Shown: positions 13,240 to 27,020, counted from the first letter of the stretch. The stretch is DNA of 64,000 nt from Carcharhinus amblyrhynchos (GCA_965287045.1 OZ336885.1:63488001-63552000); one strand, 5' to 3'. Numbers and translations: made by a program. The notes: generated by a model from the letters alone, not told the origin.

Positions 13240-14907
13240 TGGAAAGGTGGTAGGAATGGAGGGTGTTAATGACATTACTGTTACTAGAGAGGTGGTGCTC
13301 GACAGACTGGAGGGGCTGATTGTGGACAAGTCCCCAGGACCGGATGGAATGCATCCGAGGGTTCTGAAAGAAATGGCGGAGGTTATAGTGGATGCCTTGG
13401 TGGTTATTTTCCAGACGTCGCTGGATTCCGGGGAAGTGCCGGAAGATTGGAAAACGGCTAATGTTACGCCGTTGTTTAAGAAGGGTGCCAGGCAAAAGGC
13501 GGGGAATTATAGGCCGGTTAGTTTAACGTCTGTGGTAGGTAAAATGTTAGAATCCGTCATTAAGGAGGAAATTGCGAGGCATCTTGAAGGGAATTGCTTG
13601 ATAGGGCGGACGCAACACGGTTTCATTAAAGGGAAGTCGTGTCTGACAAATTTACTGGAGTTCTATGAGGATGTGTCTAGGGCAGTGGATAGAGGAGAGC
13701 CGGTGGATGTGGTCTTTCTGGATTTTCAGAAGGCGTTTGACAAGGTACCTCGCAAGAGGTTATTGCAGAAGGTCAGGGGACATGGAGTTGGGGGTAGGGT
13801 GTTAGCGTGGATAGAGGATTGGCTGTCAAATAGGAGGCAGAGAGTGGGGGTCAATGGGTGCTATTCGGATTGGCGGTTGGTGACTAGTGGGGTGCCCCAG
13901 GGGTCGGTGCTGGGGCCTCAGCTATTTACCATTTATATAGATGATCTGGAGGAGGGAACCGAGTGCAGGGTGTCGAAATTTGCTGATGACACCAAGATTG
14001 GGGGAAAGGCAAATTGTGCGGAGGGTGTGGAGAGTCTGCAGAAGGATCTAGATAGGCTGGGCGAATGGGCCAGGAAATGGCAAATGGAATTTAATGTTGG
14101 CAAGTGTGAGGTGGTCCACTTTGGTAGGAAGAATGGTAGGAAGGACTATTACTTACGTGGCGAAAAACTGCAGCAGGCGACGGTGCAGAGGGACCTCGGG
14201 GTCCTTGTGCATGAGTCGCAAAAACCCAGCTTGCAGGTGCAGCAGGTGGTCAGGAAGGCGAATGGGATGCTGGCCTTCATAGCGAGGGGGATTGAATATA
14301 AAAGTAGGGAGGTCTTGCTGCAGCTGTATAGGGCATTGGTGAGGCCGCAGCTGGAGTACTGTGTGCAGTTTTGGGCGCCGCACCTGCGCAAGGATATTTT
14401 GGCCCTGGAGGGAGTGCAGAGGAGGTTTACTAGGCTGATGCCGGAGTTGAGGGGATTGAGCTATGAGGAGAGGCTGAATAAACTAGGCTTGTACTCGTTA
14501 GAGTTTAGAAGAATGAGGGGAGATCTCATTGAGACGTATAAGATGATGAATGGGATGGATAGGATAGAGGTGGAGAGACTCTTCCCGCTCAAAAAAGACA
14601 GTAGGACTAGGGGGCACAGCCTCAAGATAAAGGGGAGGCGGTTTAGAACGGAGTTGAGGAGGAACTTCTTCACTCAAAGGGTGGTGAATCTCTGGAATTC
14701 TCTGCCCGTTGAAGTGGTGGAGGCTGCCTCGCTAAATATTTTTCAGAAGCAGGTTGATGGGTTCTTGATAAGAGAGGGGATTAAGGGTTATGGGGAGAGG
14801 GCGGGAAAGTGGAACTGAGCCACAACAGATCAGCCATGATCTTATTGAATGGCGGGGCAGGCTACTACTCCTGCTCCTATTTCTTATGTTCTTATGTTCT
14901 TACGTTC
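13240..14907 (+). mobile_element. Young 5'-truncated CR1 LINE
   Basis: Uninterrupted ORF2 C-half, followed by a short 3' UTR and a (TTCTTATG)n tail ending at 14907. Base composition changes sharply at both ends. Confidence 0.95.
13247..14818 (+). CDS. CR1 ORF2 reverse transcriptase domain + C-terminus (5'-truncated, no endonuclease domain)
   Basis: 523-codon open frame with KSPGPDG.HPRVLKE, YRPVSLTS, DFQKAFDKV, GVPQGSVLGPQLF, catalytic FADD and CR1 C-terminal FFTQRVVNLWNSLP. The start is a truncation point, not a true initiation codon. Confidence 0.92.
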   Translation: MVGMEGVNDITVTREVVLDRLEGLIVDKSPGPDGMHPRVLKEMAEVIVDALVVIFQTSLDSGEVPEDWKTANVTPLFKKGARQKAGNYRPVSLTSVVGKMLESVIKEEIARHLEGNCLIGRTQHGFIKGKSCLTNLLEFYEDVSRAVDRGEPVDVVFLDFQKAFDKVPRKRLLQKVRGHGVGGRVLAWIEDWLSNRRQRVGVNGCYSDWRLVTSGVPQGSVLGPQLFTIYIDDLEEGTECRVSKFADDTKIGGKANCAEGVESLQKDLDRLGEWARKWQMEFNVGKCEVVHFGRKNGRKDYYLRGEKLQQATVQRDLGVLVHESQKPSLQVQQVVRKANGMLAFIARGIEYKSREVLLQLYRALVRPQLEYCVQFWAPHLRKDILALEGVQRRFTRLMPELRGLSYEERLNKLGLYSLEFRRMRGDLIETYKMMNGMDRIEVERLFPLKKDSRTRGHSLKIKGRRFRTELRRNFFTQRVVNLWNSLPVEVVEAASLNIFQKQVDGFLIREGIKGYGERAGKWN

Positions 14908-17900
14908 AAATAAACTTCCTGGGCTTGTGAGACTTCCAACCTATTCAAAGAATAGAGAGCAATTTTTGGCCTCACGATATTCTCCCTGAGACCAATATCA
15001 GATACTATCTGCTTTACGCCGAAAATTGCAAATGTATTTTGAAGTTGATGTGCACAAAAGATTCGCGATTTATTCTGGGGAAATGTACAAACTTTAATGG
15101 TAGGAGCTGAATGTTTTTCTTACCTAAGTCGTCTAAATATTGCTGACAATTGTTTAGCTCTGCAAATGAAAATGTTTTTTTTTTGTTTCTCGATTAATGC
15201 AGATAAAATGACTTGTTATTGTTCCTTCTTGTTTCCCGAAGAGCAAACTAACAATTGACATTCATTGTCCTTTGAAACTGTCCCAAATTATTCACTATTA
15301 GAACTGCCACGCTCAACAACGCTGTTAACATTATTGGATAACGATTCGGATAATAGGAGCATAATGGTGCTGAGTCTGTGCATTTTCTGCCCGAGTTGTA
15401 AATGTGTACGTTAGGACACAATATTTGCCTTCAGCAATCTGAAAATAAAAGCATTGTTGTGATTTCCGATCAAGATGGTGCATTCATCGTCTGAATGCAG
15501 AACCCCCTCTAATCTTGGTCGTCTTGAAAGCAAAACAATGAAGATGATTGCGCGAATATCATTTCCTATATCAAGACATGCTTCCTGAAGATCAGTGAAA
15601 TCTGTTTAAACAGACGTAAAAAAAAATAAAAAATTGGTATGAAGTACCTTGTACAATAGTGGACGTACAAATCGTTACCTTGATTTTTCGCTTTTAGCTT
15701 CCCACCTTATGAAAACCATATATACAATTTGTTTTCATTCAAAGCGCGATAGTTTTGATCATTACATGAAAAAGTATACACATAGAGGCAATATTTAAAC
15801 CGGGCAGCGACATTTGCACGGGAAGATTTAATGAAGAAACGCATGAAATTTCTTGGTGACGTAGAATTTGAGCATTGCTCAAACAAGGAAGGTAATAGCG
15901 AAAATATTTGTCTTATGCTTTCCAAGTTATATTACTAGAAAATGGAACATGCATGACAACGAAGTTTGATTGCTCAGCAGGAGGATTTGCAGTGGTATAT
16001 TCCGTGTAATAGAGAATGCAATACGGAACGATTACATTCGAAAATATTGCTCAGAGCAATCTAGACATGCCACAATGATTGGTAAGATCATTGACGAGTT
16101 CAGAAATGCAGGACATTGCTTCCATAGAGGCTTAATTTTACCTGTTACAGCACCGTGCCGCACGTTCGGTTGCAAGACAATCAGCCTTGTGTGTAAATAT
16201 ATTTAGTTTCTCGCATTCGTGCTGAAATACACAGTGATTCCGAATTATAATGCCAAATTGATGTCAGTGTATTTTTGAATGCAAGCGTTAGAGAAATTCG
16301 AAGTATTTAACATGCGTCATGCATTTGCACAATCTCGTCGATGTTTGGCAGAATAACTATAAGTTCATCACTCCCTGGTTCAGGATTCCGGGTTCACCTG
16401 TAATTCGTCAGGAAGTTAGTGCCAGAGAGGTTCATTATTTCCTTAGTACAACTTAATCGGAATGGGTGTGATCCAGGCATCAATTTGCAGCATGGAAACC
16501 ATTGCCAAATGAGACATAAATTCCTTGGTCTGGCAATTGCCTTAGAATTCGGTTTGAGAGTGGGCCCATTGTTTTTTTGTACCTTACACTTCATTAAGAT
16601 TCTGGAAAATGCCATGTATTCCGAGTTCATAGAACGATGCATGCTATTGTTTATTGCGGGGTGGCAACAGTCACCTCCGTTGTTGTCCATGAGGGTTTTT
16701 TGGTTGCGTATAGTTGTATGTTGATGCTAACCGTTAGACTGTGGTTTGTTTCATTGGAATGGTTGCTCAGAAGGTAGACCTCTTTTTTGTTTTGTTTCGA
16801 AATAATAATTGGCCTAGCGGAATTGGAAACAAATGCATTTTTTTTTATGCACCGCAATTTCATGGAGGAGTTTGCTATCATTAGGCGAAGTTGTCCACAC
16901 TTTTAGTTGCGAAGTTCCGAGGGGTTTCCCAATTCTACCGGAAGGTTGGAATTCATGGCTTCATTTGAGATTCTTGGACATAGATTGTTCATATATATCA
17001 GTTCTTATTCTTTGATGCAAACCGCTTGATGGATATGATGCGAAATTTGCAGGACACTTGTTTCAACAAGACTACGAAAAGAATTACACTGGAATTGAAT
17101 AGTTCCAGTTAAGGGATGCACATTTTGGATTTTGACATGCAGTCCGTGAAGGAGCCGCCTACTTGTATTCAGGTTATCGTCTGGTATATTTAAATTCGAA
17201 TTGAGAATATCGATCGGGAGATATTTCGAAATGTATTCTGACTAATGATGTATTACCATTTACATCGTTGAAGTGTGTTTGAAACTATGTTAAATGATCC
17301 CACATATTTGACTTTGGTTTTCGATCATGGGATCCATGCGTCCCTCCATAAACTAACATGAATTTCCACCTCCGTAATGTTATTCAGTAGATAGTCGCGG
17401 CCTTACTCGTTGTACGTTACAGCAAATGTCTTGTCGGAATACCGTGAATCCTTCTGTGAAGGCACGCAACATTGCCACACTGATTGCGAAAGAATTGAGT
17501 AATATTCAACTTAGCTTGGAGGGGAATTTTCAGTTGATCACGTTCCCATGCCTCTATTGTTCGAATCTGGCTATTTTGAATAGATTATGGATTATGATGG
17601 TGCTGTACATGGTGACGATGTTCAGATTAAAAGAAAACAATGGGTACATAAGAGGTGACGCATCGTATGTTATCATTTGTTCACCACAAGTTAGAAGGTT
17701 ACTCCTTCATCTGATCGCACATTTGAAGGTCTTTCTTTTTGTTTTATTCCGTATTAAGCATCTAGGTCCATGTTTCAAAGAGGCATGAAGTAATTTTCTC
17801 ACCTAATTCATTTAAATAGTCTGACAACTTCTTCTGTCCTACAGCATTGAAACAGCAATATTTCAGCCTCGTCTGGAATGCAGTTGTTTATTGATCACAC

Positions 17901-18249
17901 TGGCGCAGATGTAACATTCGTGGGAATCATTTTGTTACACCTCTTCAATAACGAACAAAATAAATCAACAGTTTTTGATATTGAAATAGAAGGATTTGGA
18001 AATGATGTAAAAGCGGAGACAACGGTATGTCATTCCTTGTCAATTATTACAATACCTACACTGCAATGATCCACGCAACGGACAGTAAGTTTTCAAATTT
18101 TTATCATCAAATGCCATTTCACAGCAGCTTCTGATGTAACCCAGATAATCGCAACAATGCCTTAAAAATACAATACACCCCCCTCACCCTGCCCCCTCCC
18201 CATCCCCCAATCACAGTCAGTTTCTAGATTAGTCACAGATGGGTGACAT

Positions 18250-18900
18250 TAGTCCTATCTTGTCAATGATAGCTTGAGAACTCTGGATGTCATGTTTAAT
18301 CACCCTCACTGAATCCGGCTCATTACAATGACTCTTACAAGCTGCATATCTTAGAACTTCTGACAATGGTGTAGTATTTCTCTTTCAACCATCAACTCAA
18401 GGAGTACATTTGATACATCCACCACCTTTTGTGGAAAACAAACGGCAACATCCTCTGCACCATCTCCAGAACAATTACCTCCATCCTAAAATATGACAGC
18501 CAGAGCTGTACAAAAGGAAACTCTAATGATGCTCTCATCAGTGTTTTATTCAGTTCCACCATCACAACCTGACATTAAATCATATAGCTCAGCCATTGAA
18601 GGAGAGCATAACAAATGTCGTGCACATAAACTTCTCACCATGAAGTGCCAATTTGTGGGTCTGGCCATTTGGACGCAAATATCTCTCGCTTTATCCAACA
18701 TTCTTAGAATCTTTCCATTGATTGCGTAGTCTTTTCTTTTGTTTGACCTCTCTCATTTTAGTTATCTGTATTGCAAACCAGCTGTGTTTTCCCTCCCAAT
18801 CCACCAAACCACGGTTAACGTTTGTAGCTATTAGCTATCCTCTACACTAGAACCACTCGGCCAATCTTTGTGTCGCCTGCACCTTATTTTCCAAGCACCA
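18250..18900 (+). mobile_element. Highly degenerate L2/CR1-group LINE 3' remnants
   Basis: Weak resemblance to recalled shark LINE 3' regions (e.g. ...TTTGATACATCCACCACCTT..., CCACGGTTAACGTTTGTAGCTATTAGC). No clean reading frame. Confidence 0.3.
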
Positions 18901-21900
18901 CCAAGTCTTGTAAAATTCCAATTCACGTGCATCAAGTTACCTGTAAGTCTTCCCTGTCCACCATCCTTTCAACCAAATTTCTGAAACCACATGTTCTTGG
19001 CAATGTCCGAAACATATTGTCATCACACTCTGCCTACACCTTTCACCTCCCAGCCCCCCAGCCCCCACTCCCCAAACACACACACAATAAACACACGCCA
19101 TAATCACACACACACACACACGATATATTTTATTCAGCAATTCCTGTAATGACTCGTTCTGGCTTTGCAAAGAAAAACTTGTTCTCATTTTTTTTTCCTA
19201 CGAAAGCAGTCATTCAATATCTGATCATGCATTACTTTCTAGCAACAACCCTTCCATTGAAAGCCTGCTGCAAACCTTTGACAAATAACATACATCATTA
19301 TTATAACGCTGCTATTAAATATCTTATACCAGTTGTCAATGCTTTGACGTTATCCCTGGCCTGTACTCTAAGAATCGGGTATAATTCTTCAACAACAAGC
19401 CAAATTAGTGGGTGATTGACATATTGCATTTTACATTGTTTCAAGCAAGTGTTCTTCATGTCCCACAAGGACCACAGACAATCTCTTTCAACATGTGTTT
19501 CTGTATTAATTTTAAAGGTCTCAAATATGTTTTGAAAATACCTTTCACTTTTGCATTCAACATTTCGTCTGTTGCGGAAGGAAACGTTTAACGAGGCAAG
19601 TCAGAAGAAAATATGACAATGCGTATTGGCAGAATTGGAATCTGTGTGCCGATGGCCTTCATGAGTGGTCAATCAACGAAATTAACAAATATCATGCTTC
19701 CAAGCGCACATAACTCGTCCGATGTTGTTGCTATACTGGCAACACATTGTCTAATGTTATCACAATGTTATTCTACGTCCAAACGTAACATAGAAAACAG
19801 ATATGTGGCGACTTTTTCTTTCCGTTCTTGGCATTTGTGCAAGGACTGTAGACAATATGGAAATGATCTGACAGATAAAACGCATGATATGCAGGATCAC
19901 AAATGTTCAATGTTGAACCTGATGTAATAGATAGTCAACCAGACAGCCACGTTACATTGCTCGCATTCATCCACTATTTTCTTCATGTTTTGCTTTATTA
20001 CGCATTCCATTTTTTTTCTCTCTCTGCAATGTGGACTATGAATGGCACAATGAAAAGTTACATCAATAGTACAAGTCTAAAGTGAAGCGGGGAAAATAAG
20101 ATGTCACATGTAACAAATTATTAAACAAAATTAGATAGAAAATCGGATTATTTCCCAACCTAATTCTTCTGATCGTCCTTCACATTCGGATAATTCTGGG
20201 AATGATAAACATTTGTGTTGAAGCATTTATATTTAAAAAAGAAAATATCCAGCTCCTTCATGCTTTCCTGCCTTTTTTGTCAGTTGGCGTCAGAGTGGCC
20301 AATGTCATCTCAGCATTCTCAATTGATCTAACATTAATGGGAATCATGTCAGTCATTGCAATTCGTTGGGTTGTTTTCTCCAATTGCGAAAGTAATGAAG
20401 TCTAAAATAAATAAGATTTGGAAAACAGATGCCTAAATTTTCGGCTATTATCATTTTCCCCTAAGCTTCACAAAACGGTCGTGCAGTCTGCTACAATTTC
20501 GTTTTCGACATTTAGCTCTTGTTTAAATGTCTCCAACCTAACTAATAAACGTTTTTTCAATGTTGATGTTGCAATTTGTCACTGCACTCTAATGCGGACA
20601 ATGTTTCACCAAGGCACCATTAGCTGTGTACATATGAGGCACAATTACATGCAATTCATGCTTTGAAATACTCCCAATAATTGAAGCAATTCCAAAGATC
20701 TGTTCTTTTGTTTTCTTTTTACACCTCCGTGCAGTGAAGAGGAGAAATTAAATCAAGTAGAGGAAGCTTGAGTGTGGCAACCAATAACTGAAGCTGTCAG
20801 CGGCCAATGCTAAATGTTGTCCTATGACAACAATACATGTTCCTCCATCCTTCATATCCGAAACATTATGAAATGACTATCAAGCAATAACAATAAGAAA
20901 GAGATCTGAGGATGCAATGTGTTAAGTGCACATAAACATACTTTGGAAGAAAGACGTTTTAGCCTCTTCTCGCGTAAAGACTCAACTCTGGTCTTTGCAA
21001 TTGCATGCCGTCGTCTCCAACCTCGTATATTGAAATCTCCTTACTTCCACGATATGCATTCTGAAACGTATTTCTTCTGTGCCGCAGTATGCAAGCCGGT
21101 GAGCTCTCGGATCGCAATTCCCAGATTAGAACGGATAAGTGCTGAAGCAATTTGTTGATAACCTACGTTGTTGGGTATATTCATCCTCAGATTGAAGCTA
21201 AGATTTAGGGAATAATCGTAAAAAAAATCACTACTGCCAGTAGAATCGCTCATGAATGGTGAAGCTTGGTGAAACAGTCTTGATAATGCGATTGAAAACA
21301 TCAGTTAAATTTATGAAAAAATGATTATTAAGAAAAGGAGCATTCATCATTTTATGGAGTTATCAGATGGACTTCGAGTTTCTTTTCGTAAACTGCTTAC
21401 CTTTGACTTTCGATTTCAATTTATTTTCTGTGAGATTAAAAATGACACATCCAAATTGAAACAATGTAATGCTGGATTGTTTCTTGCATCGCATAAATAT
21501 GTAAATTTTAGGAAACTTTTTTTTATTTCTTTCTTCATGATGTGCTTCTCAGTCTGTTCACGTTCCCAGTTTTGATTTAACAATACAAACAGTGTAATGG
21601 CCTTTTTTTACAAACAATGTCCAATTAACAAGGTTGACTTATTATTTTCAGTTAGCGCAAACAAATTGAAGTTCGCTAATTTTGAGTGTCGATATAGCGG
21701 CAGATGCGATACAAATATTAGTGCCATTCAGCTAAATAGGCCACCTATATCCATGCATGTTTTGGACTATATGCTGCAATGTACCCAGAGAAAAAAAAAT
21801 GTTCTCTAGTTTTTTTGAAGTGACGCGTTCTGCGTTTATTGTAACAAAATATTTTCAGCAAGTGGAACACTCATCAGTCAAGAAGAATATATGTGGTTCT

Positions 21901-22993
21901 CCGTACTCGAAGTCAGACGATGGAAGATTTGGCGCACTCTGCAATGTAAAGTCCATTGGCATTCCAAGAGTTTGCAGTGCAATTACCAGATATGCCAAAA
22001 ATAAACTCTGAAAACTCCGCTTGTAGCCGACAGCTAAATACTGCCGAAACGACGCAGTGACTTGCAAATCCAACTAACTTAGAATGGCGGCTCTTTTTTT
22101 TCGTAGTAAACTGGCTGTTGAAATGTGGTTTATCATAAATATTTCGGTGAACCTGAAATGCCATCAAGCAGGCAAATTCCTGTTTGATGCATAGAATTTG
22201 CTGGGGTATATTACGATAATCGTACGCATCCCTTTTAGTTAGTGGCTGGGAAGGGTTCTGCCTGGTATGTTCGATGGGTGAGATTCGCTTCTGAGCGTGC
22301 TCCAGCGCACATTCTGCACACATTAAGAAGGAGGGGGATTCAATTGCTATCCCATTTCCATGGGGTAGAGTTTTGGATCTTTGTGGACTCGGCTATTGGG
22401 TATAGGTACAATCATGGAGTGAGGAAATATGTTCCAGTCTGGGAGAAGAACTTATGTTCGGAATTGGGGTATGATCGAGTTGGATGAGGTGATTAAACGA
22501 GTGGGCTTTAATACATTCCCTATGAAACTTTGAGCGGAACTCTGCAACACAACACTGTATGTCTCCATAGGGACGCTGTGTGAGACAAAGCGTTAGTAGC
22601 GTGTTTTTTTTTCATCACCTGGCGAATCAGCGGTGTCTCATTCAAACAGTAGTGAAGTATTTACGCCGTGCCTTAGTGACAATGATATCATGCTTCAGGC
22701 TATCTGGAATATTTGACAGAACAGATATTAAGACTAAGACAAAGTATTATTCATAGACAAAGTTGCTACCAACTCTGCGTTTAGTTATTTTTGCGAAAAG
22801 ATCAGTGAAGATTGAGTTTCACATAACTATACATGGATATGTGGCCATGCGAATATGTTTGTGTTTACCCAATTCTATGTGCACAGGTGTGTTGTTGCAT
22901 TCTTCCGATACCTATGAAAATTACGTATGAATTATACTGACCTGTTTTTTTTTCCTTCTGTTGCCTGATTCATTCAGAATATATGCCTGCCTC

Positions 22994-22998
<5 letters not shown>

Positions 22999-23050
<52 letters not shown>

Positions 23051-23340
23051 CTTTGTGCTTGCAGATCTTTTTTTTCTCATCAGATGTGGATACATTTGTT
23101 TCGGCCGTCGTGTGCAAGTTTGTGTCTGTGCCTTCGACTGTGTGTATATATGTGTTTGCTTGTGTATGTGCTTTCATTGTTGTTTGTTTGCAAGGTGTAT
23201 GTGTTTCCATGTATCTTCGCTTGTGTTCGCATGCCTTTGTATCTCTCTGCATAGCCGGGATTATATGCAAATATATTTGTGTGTTTGTGTATTGCATGTT
23301 TTGTGCGCATCTGAACATGTGGTTATTTGTGAGTGTGCAG
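22999..23340. repeat. (GT)25 microsatellite followed by ~290 bp of degenerate GT-rich low-complexity sequence
   Basis: Perfect GT run at 22999-23048, then an interrupted TGTG-rich tract. Confidence 0.95.
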
Positions 23341-25199
23341 ATAGATTCATCGAATCACATGATCCCATGAATGCAGAACGAGGGCACTCGGTCCATATGT
23401 TTGCAGATGTTCTTTGAAATAACATCTTAACAAGGCAACGCCTTGCCAGCCCAAAGTAATCACCACTCAATTATCAGTGCTGGAGATGAACCATGCTTTT
23501 TCTGCACAGATGTTACCTAGTCAAACGCCTGCATGAATCATTTTCGTTTGTTCTCCCATCTAGTACCGCAATGTTTTCAGTAGTTTGCATTGAAGACTCA
23601 AACAATTAGTGATATCATTGCTGCAAAGTAATGGATCCTCAAAAAGTATACTTCCGTCTAGAAAGCGAACTAGTAAATCATATGAATGTGATGCAAATTG
23701 TGCAAGTAAGAAACCGTTTCAGGGCTAATTAAATACATCAAAATATAGAATCACATTGGTACTCCTTTCATTGAAACAAATGAAATATCGGAGAACAAGC
23801 AAAACAATAATTCGCCATTGCCCTGCAGGCTCTCAGTGTAACAGGTACATGATCTTCTTTGGTGTCTTCGTTGCGCTACCGAAAACCTGCTGACTGACGC
23901 TAAAGCATTATTTTGTTTTTGCTCCTATATTGTCATCGAAACCTCAGCACTAGTATTTGAGAAATTAATTGAATGATGTAAAATGTTTCCAGAAGAGAGG
24001 AAATATTTGCAACGCAAAGTCAGGTCTTCTTATTTCTGTCGACTGATATTGTTTTGCAAAACGTGGAACATTATGGAACTGAGCACTTATTTCAGTCTAT
24101 GAAAGAAGACCAAACGTGATCCCATCCAGTGGTATATTTAAACGGTTATGAATCAATTCTCCTACTGCACGATATAGATCACATTCATTACTAAAGTCTT
24201 CGAAGGCCGCTTATGGACCCCTAATGTGCAACTTGAGAAATAACGTTAAATCTGCCCGTCCCGGGCCATCGGTCTCATCCTAGGATAAACAATTAACCAT
24301 AATAACCCCTCCAGTTTTTGTGATATTGCAGACTCCTTGTCAAAGAATTCTTCACACCTAGGAATACTGAACAATATGAAACATCCTTTATTGTTTAAAG
24401 ATAAAATATGTGCAACAACAATAATCGTTTTCTTTAGCTTTCAATGTCTCACCAGATAGGGATCTGTGGTGAGAGTCCACATCACAGATAACAATGAAAA
24501 CGCATTTGTGAAAAAAAAGATTGATTCATTTATTTGCAGTATTCAGTATACAGCACTATCGCACCTGCCACATTTACGGCCAAAAAGTCCATCTTTCTTG
24601 CAGAAGTTTGACTAATTTGCAGTAATGCAAATTGCATGCATCTTGAATATGCGATATACGTGGAGTTGAGATTTCAGTCTCGTGTGGAAATATTTATTTA
24701 AACCACGTGTGAAGGTTAGTGCACCGTAATAACGAAAAAAAGAAATGAAAAGTTGATTCTCATTGTATATTCTAGACATATATATCCGTGTCCTGATTTC
24801 CGTTGATGGTCTGTGTGGGTCTTGCACCCGGATCTTTTTTTTCATTCAATCCATTTTCTGGATGAAAGCATCTCTGGCTGGATCATCACGTTTTATTTGA
24901 GAACATTTATGTGTAAACGTTCAGTTGTGTACTTGAAGCGAATATTGCCAAGAGCAAGTAAAGATAACCTCTATCTTTCTCGAAAAATATCGATGGCCCA
25001 CGATCAAGAATCACTCCATTGTTATTTGTAGATATTTAATTCCATTATGTATATTAATCTCACCACCAGCCATGATGATACTCGAACCTGCATCCCTCAC
25101 ACCTTATCCCGTATCTCCGGATAATTATTCCAGTCGCAACGCTCCTGTTTATCTTAGTAAAGTTTTAGACGAAGGATTCCATGATATCATTTACTATTC

Positions 25200-26570
25200 A
25201 GTCTGATGGCATGAATCTTCCGTCGGGAACGATTGTATTTAGTAATCACCGCTGAGATGATGTGAGGGCTTCGTTTACTGAAGTGGACTGACAGGTAAAT
25301 TGAAAAGAAGACAAGGAAGCATTGCAGACATTAATGGATGCAGCACGTTACTCAAAGCAAAAATGATGCCCAATAAGAAGGATTATATTTTTCTCTTGGA
25401 AACGCGAAAATGAAAAACAAAGTGAATAACCGAGGAGTTAAAAGGACAGTGTATTTGATAGAGAAAGTACGCATTTCAGGAAGTTAAGGTCAAGGATCAT
25501 CTCAATTTCAGAATTCAGTAAAGGAGGACTAAACACGGTATAAAGAGATGAAATGAAAGTACTTCGCAAGAATGATCGAGAGCGGTTTGTGGTATGATCC
25601 ATTGTCTTTGGTGACATTAGGAAAGTAGCAAAATAATGAGACTAAAGATAGATAATTCATCTCATCTTGTGGCATGCATTGCTCAATTTTAACAAAGAAT
25701 AGGGACACAGAAACTGGACGCACTGATTGTAATTCTCCAAAATATGCTTGCGCTCTGGGTTACTAGCCGAGGACTGGATAACTGAAAAAAAAAAGGCGCT
25801 CCTAATCAAAATGGGGTGAGACACAATAAACGAGAGAGACTGACATCTATTGTTTGAAAAACAATGAATCAATTATTAAGGATGTAATAACATGATATGT
25901 GGAAATATATAATCAAACTAAGAATGGTAGACAATGTTCCGTGAGAGGCGATTCATTTTCTGATTTTTTTTCTGAGATTTTTCGTAATTTTTTTTTTCAG
26001 AAAGAGTGGAGAAATTGGAATCAATTAATGTATTGTTGCACAAAATAGTAGGGCGAACTCCTCCGAGGTACGTTGCAATTTTCACCTCGCATATAAGGAA
26101 ACGCGTTTATTTTTGTTATTGGAAACAATACATAAAAAACAAAATATTGAGATTATCCCTGATGTGGAGGATTTTTTTTCAAGGAAATGTGAACCAAGTA
26201 GGACTCTGCTTATCGGAACTCAGAAGTCTGCAAGACTACAACACTCAAAAATATCGAATTCTGCAGCGACTTGGCGAATGTGGCAAAGTTAAGGAACACA
26301 CGGCATTGCTTCAGACTAAAGGGGAGATAAATTAATGATATGATTCAGAGGAGTTTCTACTCTTCGACGATTATGAGTGTCTACGATTCATTGCCAAACT
26401 GGGGCGAATTTTACATTTAACGCTGACCGAGATATATTTATGATCAGTCAAGGAATCAAAAGTCCTGGCGAAGCATTTGAAAATGATCATGGGAGATAAT
26501 TGATCAGCTATTATGGCACTGAATGTTAGAACCTAATTTCGGGACGAAAAGGTCTATCTCTGAGTCATTT
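25200..26570 (+). mobile_element. Old degenerate CR1 ORF2 fragment with 3' tail
   Basis: Decayed CR1 ORF2-like sequence (e.g. GAAACTGGACGCACTGATTGTAATTCTCCAAAAT, TGTTTGAAAAACAATGAATCAATTATTAAGGATGTAATA) and a 3' UTR-like TGATCAGCTATTATGGCACTGAATG...GGGACGAAAAGGTCTATCTCTG. Confidence 0.6.
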
Positions 26571-26904
26571 GGCCTTGTGCTGATAGGAGGTAAACATAGC
26601 ATGTGTTAGCCGCAGCCCAAGTACACGGCAAATGCTGGAACTTGTGAACCGGTAGGGATACCTTTTCCTGAATAATCAGTTTGTTTCCTGTATGTTCTAC
26701 ATTTCCTGCATACCGTCATTGTTGTCTATAGGTTATGTCATCATTAATGCAGTATTGAATCACGGAAGTAAGCACACTGAGTCTATCCCCCGAGTAAGGG
26801 GGTGTCTGCATGCAAATGTATGTTTTATTCCATGGTGGATTGTTTTGCGTGATTATGTTGCCGGGTAGGTTGGACGTGGTAGGTTATTGACGAATCCGTC
26901 TGAG

Positions 26905-27020
26905 CTATCGACCGGAAATGTATTTGGAACATGACAGATGCCTAATCAAGATCGCGCTTAACCTCATTTTTTGATTGGCAGCAGCATGTTTCAGGGTTGG
27001 ACAGATGTTGGGGGCGGGCG
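26905..27020. promoter_or_regulatory. Promoter-like motif cluster (ETS, CCAAT, GC box)
   Basis: ACCGGAAAT (26911), GATTGGC (26973) and GGGGCGGG (27011) within 110 bp of CpG-containing unique DNA. No linked gene identified. Confidence 0.25.

Noticed and set aside
16921-16930. Perfect NF-kB-like GGGGTTTCCC, and ISRE-like TTTTCGGTTTCC at 1927-1938
   Set aside because: Isolated short motifs are expected by chance in 64 kb, and there is no associated gene.
21858-22004. Frame reading ..EEYMWFSVLEVRRWKIWRTLQCKVHWH.. resembles the end of an Ig/TCR-gamma C1 domain
   Set aside because: No recognisable first half of the domain (B-strand Cys, FxP, C-strand Trp) and an in-frame stop just upstream. No V/J segments or RSS were found nearby, so this is likely chance.
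22961-23417. Several 100-144 aa ORFs rich in VC/HT
   Set aside because: Artefacts of the GT microsatellite and low-complexity tract.
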